From NCBI GenBank assembly GCA_037917675.1, contig JAVCBW010000029.1, positions 1 to 22,329 on the forward strand: a DNA stretch of 22,329 nt. Reading direction: 5' to 3'. The position numbers and the translations under genes were made by a program. Below, piece after piece: positions 14,897-22,329 of the stretch. The first letter of the stretch is position 1. The number at the start of each line of letters is the position of its first letter. The notes below the pieces were generated by a model. It was not told the origin of the DNA. It saw only the letters and a list, made by a program, of their open reading frames with translations, and did no database searches. The stretch is from Thermoproteota archaeon (GTDB lineage: Archaea > Korarchaeota > Korarchaeia > B14-G2).

Positions 14897-16111
14897 CTAC
14901 GCCTCTATGGTAAGAGTCTCTAAGTCTGTTGGATAGTAGTCTAGTATCTCATAGCCCTCCTCTGTGACGACTACTGTATCACAGTGCCTGAAGCAGGCCT
15001 TCCCAGGTAAGTATATTCCAGGCTCAACTGTGAAGACCATGCCTGGCCTAAGGATTGTACTGTCACCTTCAACCAGGAATGGAGGCTCAAAGTGCTCTAA
15101 ACCCAGGCCATGTCCTGATCTATGTTTCAGGAGCATCTCCGGGTTATATCCCTCTTCCCTTATCCGTCTCACAACAGCTCTATGGACGTCTTCGGCCTTG
15201 ATATCTGGCTTCACAGCTTCCAGAGCAGCTTCTCTAGCTTTTAGCATGAGCTCAAAATACTTCACAAACTCTTGGTTAGGCTCCCCTACAAACATCGTCC
15301 TTTCTAGGTGGTTCCCATATCCCCCAATCCTCCCCTCCGCAGCAGTTTCTATAACGTCTCCTCTTCTCACTCTTCTATTAGCTAAGAGCCCATGTGGTAG
15401 AGATGTTCTTGAGCCAGCTTTAAACCTTGCCCAACAGCTATACCAGTATAAGTCGAATGGCTCATACTCCGGTCCCAGAGTCTTTAGCATCTCTCTAGTT
15501 GCTAGGTGTGTGGCTAGTGATGATGCTTCCATCTCAGAGATTCCAGGCTCAATCACCTCCTGAAGGTATGTGTGAGCTAAGTTAGCCCACTTAGCTGCCT
15601 CTCTGAGAAGTTCTACCTCTTCCCTCGACTTTATCAGCCTCATGCTATCGACTATCTTCTTTGCATGTACGAGTCTAGCATCAGGCAACACTTTATCTAA
15701 AGTTATGTCATCTAGGTTTGGTATTGGAGTAAGTGCCATCTGATCTACCCCTATGACACCTGATGAGAGCCTCCTCTCATCGATAGCTCTACGGATCACC
15801 TTGTGAGCTGGTTCCTCACCATGAGGATACTCCCAGTAGACTATGATGTCCCTGACCCAATGTCTCCTGAACAGCTTAACATGATCCTCCTCTAGCTTCG
15901 GGACTATCAGGAACAGCTCTCCTTCCTTGGGGATTCCCAAGACAAATACTCTGCTTCCTTCTATATAGGGGAAGCCTGTCAAATAGAATATTCTAGGCTT
16001 GCTTAGGAGCAACAGGAGGTCTAGGCCATATTCCTCCATTCTCTCTCTGACTTTTTCAACCCTCTGCTTATGCTCTCTCTCAGATACCTTAAGCTTAACC
16101 CTACAGATCAC
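14897..16111 (-). CDS. M24/creatinase-fold hydrolase with non-canonical metal ligands
   Basis: Fold motifs MRLIKS.EE, LPHG, SGHGLG and VEPG are present. The two Asp ligands appear replaced (ETAAEG...NHLERT) and the last Glu is replaced (RHCDTV). Confidence 0.85.
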   Translation of the reverse strand: MICRVKLKVSEREHKQRVEKVRERMEEYGLDLLLLLSKPRIFYLTGFPYIEGSRVFVLGIPKEGELFLIVPKLEEDHVKLFRRHWVRDIIVYWEYPHGEEPAHKVIRRAIDERRLSSGVIGVDQMALTPIPNLDDITLDKVLPDARLVHAKKIVDSMRLIKSREEVELLREAAKWANLAHTYLQEVIEPGISEMEASSLATHLATREMLKTLGPEYEPFDLYWYSCWARFKAGSRTSLPHGLLANRRVRRGDVIETAAEGRIGGYGNHLERTMFVGEPNQEFVKYFELMLKAREAALEAVKPDIKAEDVHRAVVRRIREEGYNPEMLLKHRSGHGLGLEHFEPPFLVEGDSTILRPGMVFTVEPGIYLPGKACFRHCDTVVVTEEGYEILDYYPTDLETLTIEA

Positions 16112-16127
16112 CTCATACCCTGTGATT

Positions 16128-17318
16128 TCACATGCTCTTAAAGAGTATCTTGAGGAACTCCTTCACTAGTATGATGTCCTTGACATAGACGAATTCGTTT
16201 GCTCCATGGATGTTGTTTTCCCTTCTTATGGCTCCGAAGCCAACGGTTGGAATCCCTTTGTTTGAGAAGCAGTATCCATCGTCTGCTCCAAGCCCAGCAG
16301 CGATTCCTCTGAAGACCTTGTCTCCTCCCTCGCCATATACAGCTCTGTAAGCTGCCCTGGCGGCGCTACATGCTTCAGAGACAAGCTGGTGGTTCCTGTC
16401 TGTAAGCCATCCTGTGTTTATCATCTCGTAGTCTATCTGGATCTCTCCCCTCAGCCCATGCTTTACTCTAGCATAGTTGAAGTAGGACACGAGTTCCTCA
16501 ATGACTTCATCGAGATTCTCTCCTGGTATTATTCTCAGATCGAATGCAGCTTCTGCTATATCAGGTATTACATTCTGCTTTGATCCAGCTTTCAGCATGG
16601 TAATGCTGAATCTTCCCCACACATATGGTACTGGAGACCCTGGTGGTGCAGGTACATCTGAGGGCTTAGACGCCCTCTTAGCTGAGAACCTCCTAAGCTC
16701 AGTTATTAATTCAGCTAGACCCCAGATTGGGTTCTCACAGAGGTGTGGGTAGCCAGCATGCCCCCCCTTTCCATAGACTCTTATCCACCCATGTACTACA
16801 CCTGAAGCTCCTATCTCAACATAGTCTGCTAGAGCATCCAAAATGACAGCTCCATCGAACTTATAGCCTAAGCTGAGCACTTCTCTCATACCGATGCCAC
16901 CGACTTCCTCGTCGCCTACAACTATCACAACAGGGTTGTACCTGAGCTCCACTTCCTTCAGCTCTCTGATAGCTCCTAATGTAGCAGCTATGCCAGATTT
17001 GTTATCAGCAGCTCCTCTCCCATAAATTCTTCCATCAACCTCAACTGGCTTGAAGGGATCAACTTCAAGGCCGTTAACGTGCCAGGAGCCTTCAGCTGGC
17101 ACTACATCATAATGGCTTACGACAGCTATATCTTTGTCACACCCTGCATCGAGCTTAGCAACTACATTAGGAACTCTTTTCCCAATTATCTCAGCATCGA
17201 CTCCTAGCTCTTCAAGCATTGAGGCTATGAGCTCAGCTGCCTCTCTATAGTTCAGCTTACTGGTGGCATCTGTGTTCAGCTTCAGAAGGCTTTTCAGGGC
17301 ATTAACCTCGTAGGACAC
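16128..17318 (-). CDS. M20 family metallo-hydrolase (ArgE/DapE/Acy1-like deacylase)
   Basis: SHYDVVP, YGRGAADNK, GDEEVGG, GKGGHAGYP, NVIPD, NIHGANE. Confidence 0.92.
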   Translation of the reverse strand: MSYEVNALKSLLKLNTDATSKLNYREAAELIASMLEELGVDAEIIGKRVPNVVAKLDAGCDKDIAVVSHYDVVPAEGSWHVNGLEVDPFKPVEVDGRIYGRGAADNKSGIAATLGAIRELKEVELRYNPVVIVVGDEEVGGIGMREVLSLGYKFDGAVILDALADYVEIGASGVVHGWIRVYGKGGHAGYPHLCENPIWGLAELITELRRFSAKRASKPSDVPAPPGSPVPYVWGRFSITMLKAGSKQNVIPDIAEAAFDLRIIPGENLDEVIEELVSYFNYARVKHGLRGEIQIDYEMINTGWLTDRNHQLVSEACSAARAAYRAVYGEGGDKVFRGIAAGLGADDGYCFSNKGIPTVGFGAIRRENNIHGANEFVYVKDIILVKEFLKILFKSM

Positions 17319-17349
17319 CGGCAGATCACCGGCAATAGAAAGCTGCCAG

Positions 17350-17364
17350 ATTAATAAGCTTTAA
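17350..17364 (-). promoter_or_regulatory. internal BRE/TATA-like promoter upstream of the M20 gene
   Basis: TTAAAGCTTATTAAT on the minus strand, about 32 bp upstream of 17318. It shares the TTATTAA core with the 13660 box. Confidence 0.45.
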
Positions 17365-17396
17365 CCTTGAGGTGAAGCTTGCTATAGGCTGGTAGT

Positions 17397-18794
17397 TCAC
17401 ACTGTATGGTGTTTGCTTATAGCCTCCACTAGCTCTCTGATGTCAGCTTTCTCTACACTGAGTATCATGCTGATCAGCTCCTTAGAGAGGTTCTCTTCTA
17501 CCAGCAAACTGAGAAGCTCGGCTGCCTTCTTTTTCACATCCTCCTCTGAGGCTGGGTTCCATGGGCTCCCACTAGCATACTCCTGATACTCCTCTAGTGT
17601 ACTTCCATCTCTAAGCCTCACAACAACTCTTGAGGGAATGTAGTCTGCATAGTATACTCTTCTCTTTGCTCTGAATTCTCTTGTGAACCTTCTGTTTGGG
17701 ACTATTCTGACCTTCTTAAGCTGCTCCCTTATCTTAGAGCTGTATAGTACCTCTCTACTATACCACCTGGCTCTCGGCACTTTATTGAGTACCATTATCA
17801 CAGCATAGGGCAAGCTGAACTCTGCATCAACCATGTTGAGTGGGTTGTAATCCGAGAAGCCCTTGTAGAACTCCTGTATCGAGTGGACCTCTATCTTGCT
17901 GACCCTGTTAGGCGTCAGCTCCCCTTCTTCTACAAGCCTAGAGAGGGCATCTAGCGTCGTATGGAGCCATCTGCAGCAGGGATAGAGCTTAATTGATACT
18001 CTCATGGTCCAGTACCTCTTGAAGTCTAGTATATTCCTGTAGCTGAATCTATCAGAGCAGACCATCCTCCAGTAGCCTGTATCACCATCTAGAATGCTTC
18101 TACTCCCTATGAACCCCTGTGACACGAGGTTAGCTGAGACCACACCTGCTAAGCTAGCCCAGGCCACATTGTCCTTAACCCATGCTATGGGCCTCTCGGT
18201 CAGCCCAAATTTCCCGCCACATGGAACTGGAGAGAAAGCTGCTGCAACGCCAAGTACGTTCAGTGTCTCCTCTAGGCTTAAACCCATAGCCTTAGCACAT
18301 GCAGATGCAGCACCAAGTGTCTGGTGGCTCTTTCCATGCACCTTTACATATCTCCTCCAAGTTGGCTGGATGGCGCTCCCAACTCTCTCAGAGACCTCAT
18401 AGCCGATTATTGAGGAGATGAGCAGAGAGCTTCCATCTAGCTTCAGCTTCTCAGCAGCTGCCAGCGCAGCTGGGATAACTGTAGCTCCACTATGCCCTCC
18501 TGCGCCAGTGTCATCGTAGTCCATTGCGTTAGATAGCACAGAGTTGGTGAATGCTGCCATAAAGTCAGGGTTCTTCCAGTTTCCTCCTATGACTGTAGAC
18601 TCGCCTGGATATCTGTACGTTGATGAGAAGGAGAGTATTTTCTCACCGAGTTCAGTTTTGGCTCCTCCAGCCATGCATGCTATGGAGTCTAATAATAGAA
18701 GCTTCGCCTTTGAGATAACCCCCTCCGGAAGCTCTCTGAGCTTTAAATATGATATGAACTCCGCTAGAGCTCTTGTGACGCTCACATGAGGCAC
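17397..18794 (-). CDS. MmgE/PrpD family protein (2-methylcitrate dehydratase / iminodisuccinate epimerase fold)
   Basis: LLDSIAC, NAMDYDDT...GH, IIGYEV, KLYPCCRWLH, AEFSLPY, GSPWNP. Confidence 0.9.
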   Translation of the reverse strand: MPHVSVTRALAEFISYLKLRELPEGVISKAKLLLLDSIACMAGGAKTELGEKILSFSSTYRYPGESTVIGGNWKNPDFMAAFTNSVLSNAMDYDDTGAGGHSGATVIPAALAAAEKLKLDGSSLLISSIIGYEVSERVGSAIQPTWRRYVKVHGKSHQTLGAASACAKAMGLSLEETLNVLGVAAAFSPVPCGGKFGLTERPIAWVKDNVAWASLAGVVSANLVSQGFIGSRSILDGDTGYWRMVCSDRFSYRNILDFKRYWTMRVSIKLYPCCRWLHTTLDALSRLVEEGELTPNRVSKIEVHSIQEFYKGFSDYNPLNMVDAEFSLPYAVIMVLNKVPRARWYSREVLYSSKIREQLKKVRIVPNRRFTREFRAKRRVYYADYIPSRVVVRLRDGSTLEEYQEYASGSPWNPASEEDVKKKAAELLSLLVEENLSKELISMILSVEKADIRELVEAISKHHTV

Positions 18795-18798
18795 CCAA

Positions 18799-19653
18799 CT
18801 AGTATTCTTCTCTGCTCTTAGGGTTCAGTATGAGGTTTAGGGTTTCTCCAAGCTGGAGGAATAGATAAGTGTTGACTATTATCGCCAGTCCAGGAAAGAC
18901 AGCCATCCACCAAGCCCCGCTAGTTACAAATTCTCTTGCAGTAGAGAGGTCCGTTCCCCATTCTGGTGTCGGAGGCTCTACTCCAAGCCCTAAGAAGCCT
19001 AGTGAAGCTAGGAGGAGTATGGAGTCTCCTATGGTCATCGCTGACAGTACTATTATCGAGATTCTGACATGGTAAAAGATATGCTTAGACAGTATTCTTA
19101 AGCCTGTGACGCCTGAGGCTCTGGCTGCTTCAACAAATAGCCTCTCCTTGACAGAGAGCGTTATGCTCCTAGCAACTCTAAAGAAGCTCGGTATGGTAGC
19201 TACTGCTATGGCTAGAGCACTTAAGTGCAGTTCTCTGCCAAGCAGAAAGGCTATGAGGATGGCCAGTATCAGCCTTGGGAGGGTATAGACAGAGTCCATC
19301 ACGACTGTGAGAAGCTTATCTATATATCCTCCCCTAAAAGCTGAGGCCATACCAAGCGGAACAGCTACTACAGCTGTTATAGCCACAGATAGCACGGCTA
19401 CATATAATGAAACCTTAAAGCCTGCTATGACACGGCTAAAGATGTCTCTACCAAGGTGGTCTGTTCCAAAGAGATGTGTAAGCGACGGCGGCTGATATCT
19501 AGACTTCAAGTCTATCTTGATAGGGTCATATGGAGTCAATCCTGCAACTGAAATGACCAGTTGAGCAAGTATGAGGATCAAGGGGACTACTAGAGAGATC
19601 TTCTCTCTTCTGGTGAGCAGCTCCCATCTAAGGGCCTCTCTAAGCCTAAACAT
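18799..19653 (-). CDS. dppC: peptide/nickel ABC transporter permease (DppC/OppC)
   Basis: HLFGTDHLGRDIFSRV, FVEAARASG (EAA loop), LGFLGLG..PPTPEWG, WWMAVFPG. Confidence 0.93.
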   Translation of the reverse strand: MFRLREALRWELLTRREKISLVVPLILILAQLVISVAGLTPYDPIKIDLKSRYQPPSLTHLFGTDHLGRDIFSRVIAGFKVSLYVAVLSVAITAVVAVPLGMASAFRGGYIDKLLTVVMDSVYTLPRLILAILIAFLLGRELHLSALAIAVATIPSFFRVARSITLSVKERLFVEAARASGVTGLRILSKHIFYHVRISIIVLSAMTIGDSILLLASLGFLGLGVEPPTPEWGTDLSTAREFVTSGAWWMAVFPGLAIIVNTYLFLQLGETLNLILNPKSREEY

Positions 19654-19661
19654 AATCTTCC

Positions 19662-20675
19662 CTAGAACTTTATCCTAGGGTCTACGTAGGCTAGCAGGAC
19701 GTCTATGGCGAGGGAGACAGCTGCTATTATGCCAACAAACCATATCATGAGGCCTTGGACCATCGGATAATCCCTATTGAGAATAGACTCATATAGCAGT
19801 CTTCCCATTCCAGGTATGTTGAAGACTGTCTCAGTTAAGACAACGCCAGCTAGAGCTCTGGCGAACTGGAGACCCATAAGTGTGAGCATCGGTATTATAG
19901 CATTTCTAAGAGCATGTTTAAAGACTATCCTTCTCTCTGGAAGCCCCTTTGCAATGGCGGTTGCGATGTAGGGCTGGCTGAGAACCTCAATCATATCAGC
20001 TCTCAGCACCCTAGAGTTAACTGATGAATACCATATTGTCAGTGTAAGCCAGGGTAGAGTGTAGTGGGCTAGTCCATCTACTAGAGCTTCAAAGTTCCCT
20101 GTGATTATACTGTCCAGTATCACAGATCCTGTCACCCTTTTTAGCTCTATCATAGGGCTCAGTATGCCTTGGACTGGTAAGAGAGCTAGCTTAACAGAGA
20201 ACGCTGTCTGGAGTATCATACCTAGCCAGAAGACTGGTATACAGTAGCCCAGTACAGAGTAGACTCTGCTTACAGAATCCACTAGCCCCCCCTTCACAGC
20301 ACTAACTGATCCTATGAGCACAGCCAGTAAATTGCCTAACACGAAGCTGACTAGGATTAGTTCGAGCGTCATCGGAAGCCTGCTTAAGATCTCTCCAGTG
20401 ACACTAGATCCTACTCTAAGAGACCTGCCTAGGTTACCTGTGAGAACTCCCTTCCACATATCTATGTACTGGACGTAAAGTGGCTTGTTGAGCCCCATAA
20501 TCTCCTCGAGAGCCTTTACAGCTTCAGGTGTAGCTTCCTCACCGAGTATGGCGAGAGCAGGGTTGCCAGGGAGTATCCGCAGTAGAAGGAATATCAAACT
20601 GACCATTATGAAGACCATAGGTGGCACTAACATTACTCTGAACGCTACATACCTTCTAAAGGTCAAAGTCAGCAC
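19662..20675 (-). CDS. dppB: peptide/nickel ABC transporter permease (DppB/OppB)
   Basis: LPGNPA, GLNKPLYVQY, GNLGRS, YIATAIAKGL, KHALRNA, TETVFNIPGMG, RDYP, DPRIK. An alternative TTG start at 20666 follows GGAGGTG. Confidence 0.93.
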   Translation of the reverse strand: MLTLTFRRYVAFRVMLVPPMVFIMVSLIFLLLRILPGNPALAILGEEATPEAVKALEEIMGLNKPLYVQYIDMWKGVLTGNLGRSLRVGSSVTGEILSRLPMTLELILVSFVLGNLLAVLIGSVSAVKGGLVDSVSRVYSVLGYCIPVFWLGMILQTAFSVKLALLPVQGILSPMIELKRVTGSVILDSIITGNFEALVDGLAHYTLPWLTLTIWYSSVNSRVLRADMIEVLSQPYIATAIAKGLPERRIVFKHALRNAIIPMLTLMGLQFARALAGVVLTETVFNIPGMGRLLYESILNRDYPMVQGLMIWFVGIIAAVSLAIDVLLAYVDPRIKF

Positions 20676-20677
20676 CT

Positions 20678-20695
20678 CCCCTAAAAAATTAGGGG
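20678..20695 (-). terminator. hairpin with oligo-T between dppA and dppB (partial terminator or stabiliser)
   Basis: Minus-strand CCCCTAA-TTTT-TTAGGGG, a 7-bp stem containing T6, immediately after the dppA stop. Confidence 0.55.
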
Positions 20696-20697
20696 GT

Positions 20698-22323
20698 TTA
20701 TGACTTTGTCTTCACAACCCACCCCAAGTACATGTGCATCAGTGGATAGTCTTCTGGTATCCCGGTTATGTACTTCTGTAGCACCCAGTATGTGTATGGT
20801 GTGTAAAGTGGTATTGCAGGCAAGTCTTCAGCTAAGATCTCCCAGGCTTTAGTGTAGAGCTTCACTCTTTCATCCATGTCTCTAGTTTCCAGAGCCTTGT
20901 AGACTATCTCCTCATACTCAGAGTTATAGTAGTGGGCGTTGTTCGGGTATGGTATGCTTTCCTTTAGGAAGAAGCTGGCGAAACCATGGGGGTCATAGTA
21001 GAGAGCTGTCCAGGCTGATATCTGGATGTCATTTGCTCCAGTCTCATATGTCTCCATCCAGGCAGCTAGCTCATAGGACTTGATCTCTATCTCGATACCT
21101 ATCTTAGCTAAGTCTTCCTTCATCATCAGGAAGATGTCTCTCCTTATGGTAGCTCTAGAGTAGTATCCTGCTATCAGCTTTATCGGGGTCTTCAGACCTG
21201 ACTTCCTGATATACTCCTTGGCTTTCGTTAGGTTATAGTCGTATTTCTGCAAGACTGGCGTGTAGCTCGGTATCCTTGGAAGCGTGTAGCAGAGTGGCCT
21301 CATTCCATAGCCATGTAGGAGCTCCCTGATTATCGCATCATAGTTTATTGCGTGTGCTATAGCCTTCCTCAGATACACGTTAGCAGTCGGCCTCTCTGGG
21401 TCTGGAAGCCAGAAGAACAGGAAGGTTATTGTTAGCTTTGGACATGGAAGTAGGTTGAACTTAGGTGAGGATTTGTAGTAGTCCAGGTCTGTTGGAGGCG
21501 TTATTCCAAGACCGTCATAGAGCAGATCTATCTCTCCCCTCTCCAATGCTAGCCTAGCTGTCTGGGCATCTGGGAATATCTTTATGACTATCCTCTTAAA
21601 TCTTGGGAGCCCCTTCCAGTACTCGTCAAAGGACTCTAGTGTAACATGGTCGTCTTTAACCCACTCTACAAACTTGTATGGCCCTGTCCCAACAGGATGC
21701 TCGCTCAAGTTACCGTACTTCTTCACTGCAGTAGGGCTTACAATGAAGAACATAGCCTTTGGGATCCCTGCTAGCAGCCATTCGAATGGTGGGAAGGGCT
21801 GCTTAAGAGTAACCTTCAGGGTATAGTCATCTACGACATCTATGCTCTCTATGAGCTTGAAGTACCCCTTTCCAGGCCCTTCTTTAACTCTCTCCATGCT
21901 GAATTTGATAGCGTGAGCATCTAGTATGGTGCCATCGTGGAACTTCACACCCCTTCTGATATGGAACGTGTATGTCCTCCCATCCTCTGAGACTTCCCAC
22001 CTTTCAGCTAGCGCCCCCTTAAGTTCCTTGGTCTCAGGGTCATACTCAAGAAGTCCTTCATATATCTGAGCATAGACATTAGCATCGTCGCTCAGCTTGG
22101 TCAAAGCTGGGTCTAGGCAGCGGATGTTCTGAAGTACTCCGACGACTAGGGTAGGTCTTTCCTTAGTTGGTGTTGGGGTAGGCTTTAGCGTAGGTGTAGG
22201 CGTAGGTGTAGGCGTAGGTGTAGGCGTAGGTGTTGGGGTTGGCTTCTGCCCTATACAGCCTGGAAGCACTATGAGTGCTAGGATAGCGAGCAGAATCAAG
22301 ACCTGTACTCTAGCTTTCCTCAT
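20698..22323 (-). CDS. dppA: family 5 (Dpp/Opp) ABC substrate-binding lipoprotein
   Basis: Signal peptide with lipobox LPGC, PT linker, CLDPA, IYEGL, LAERWEVS.DG..YTFHIR.GVKFHDG, PVGTGPYK. Confidence 0.93.
   Translation of the reverse strand: MRKARVQVLILLAILALIVLPGCIGQKPTPTPTPTPTPTPTPTPTLKPTPTPTKERPTLVVGVLQNIRCLDPALTKLSDDANVYAQIYEGLLEYDPETKELKGALAERWEVSEDGRTYTFHIRRGVKFHDGTILDAHAIKFSMERVKEGPGKGYFKLIESIDVVDDYTLKVTLKQPFPPFEWLLAGIPKAMFFIVSPTAVKKYGNLSEHPVGTGPYKFVEWVKDDHVTLESFDEYWKGLPRFKRIVIKIFPDAQTARLALERGEIDLLYDGLGITPPTDLDYYKSSPKFNLLPCPKLTITFLFFWLPDPERPTANVYLRKAIAHAINYDAIIRELLHGYGMRPLCYTLPRIPSYTPVLQKYDYNLTKAKEYIRKSGLKTPIKLIAGYYSRATIRRDIFLMMKEDLAKIGIEIEIKSYELAAWMETYETGANDIQISAWTALYYDPHGFASFFLKESIPYPNNAHYYNSEYEEIVYKALETRDMDERVKLYTKAWEILAEDLPAIPLYTPYTYWVLQKYITGIPEDYPLMHMYLGWVVKTKS
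22165..22242. repeat. tandem repeat encoding the (PT)n linker
   Basis: The 12-bp unit GCGTAGGTGTAG occurs about 3.8 times at 22188-22233, with degenerate flanking PT codons. Confidence 0.95.
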
Positions 22324-22329
22324 ATGAGG

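Noticed and set aside
17316-17334. CACCGGCA direct repeat at the M20 start
   Set aside because: Only 8 bp in two copies, coinciding with the GGTG site and GTG start; insufficient evidence for a separate element.

Overview
A gene-dense archaeal window. Evidence: TATA-like boxes about 25-35 bp upstream of starts, GGTG/GAGGTG ribosome-binding sites, frequent GTG/TTG starts and AGG/ATA codon bias. A thermophilic TACK/Thermoproteota-type archaeon is my inference. The left part (1-8870) is a patchwork: an archaeo-eukaryotic primase (AEP)-superfamily protein with an extra C-terminal domain and a PIP-box-like tail; a 52-aa zinc-ribbon gene missing from the ORF track; an SRPBCC protein; a TtuA/NcsA-type tRNA thiolase; an HEXXH protein; a multiply frameshifted phosphoribosyltransferase remnant; and a coiled-coil/ribbon-helix-helix protein with a candidate operator. 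It also holds a split methyl-transfer module: a corrinoid protein and an MtaA/UROD-family methyltransferase, separated by JAMM and PD-(D/E)xK genes and flanked by a HisA/F-related gene. The middle holds a two-subunit family I CoA-transferase and a P-type (Ca2+-like) ATPase. The right part (13690-22323) is an apparently more AT-rich catabolic cluster: Dpp/Opp binding protein, two permeases, an MmgE/PrpD protein, an M20 hydrolase and two convergent M24 proteins, one with non-canonical metal ligands. I found no tRNA, rRNA, CRISPR array or transposase by eye. All product calls come from motif recognition, not database searches.
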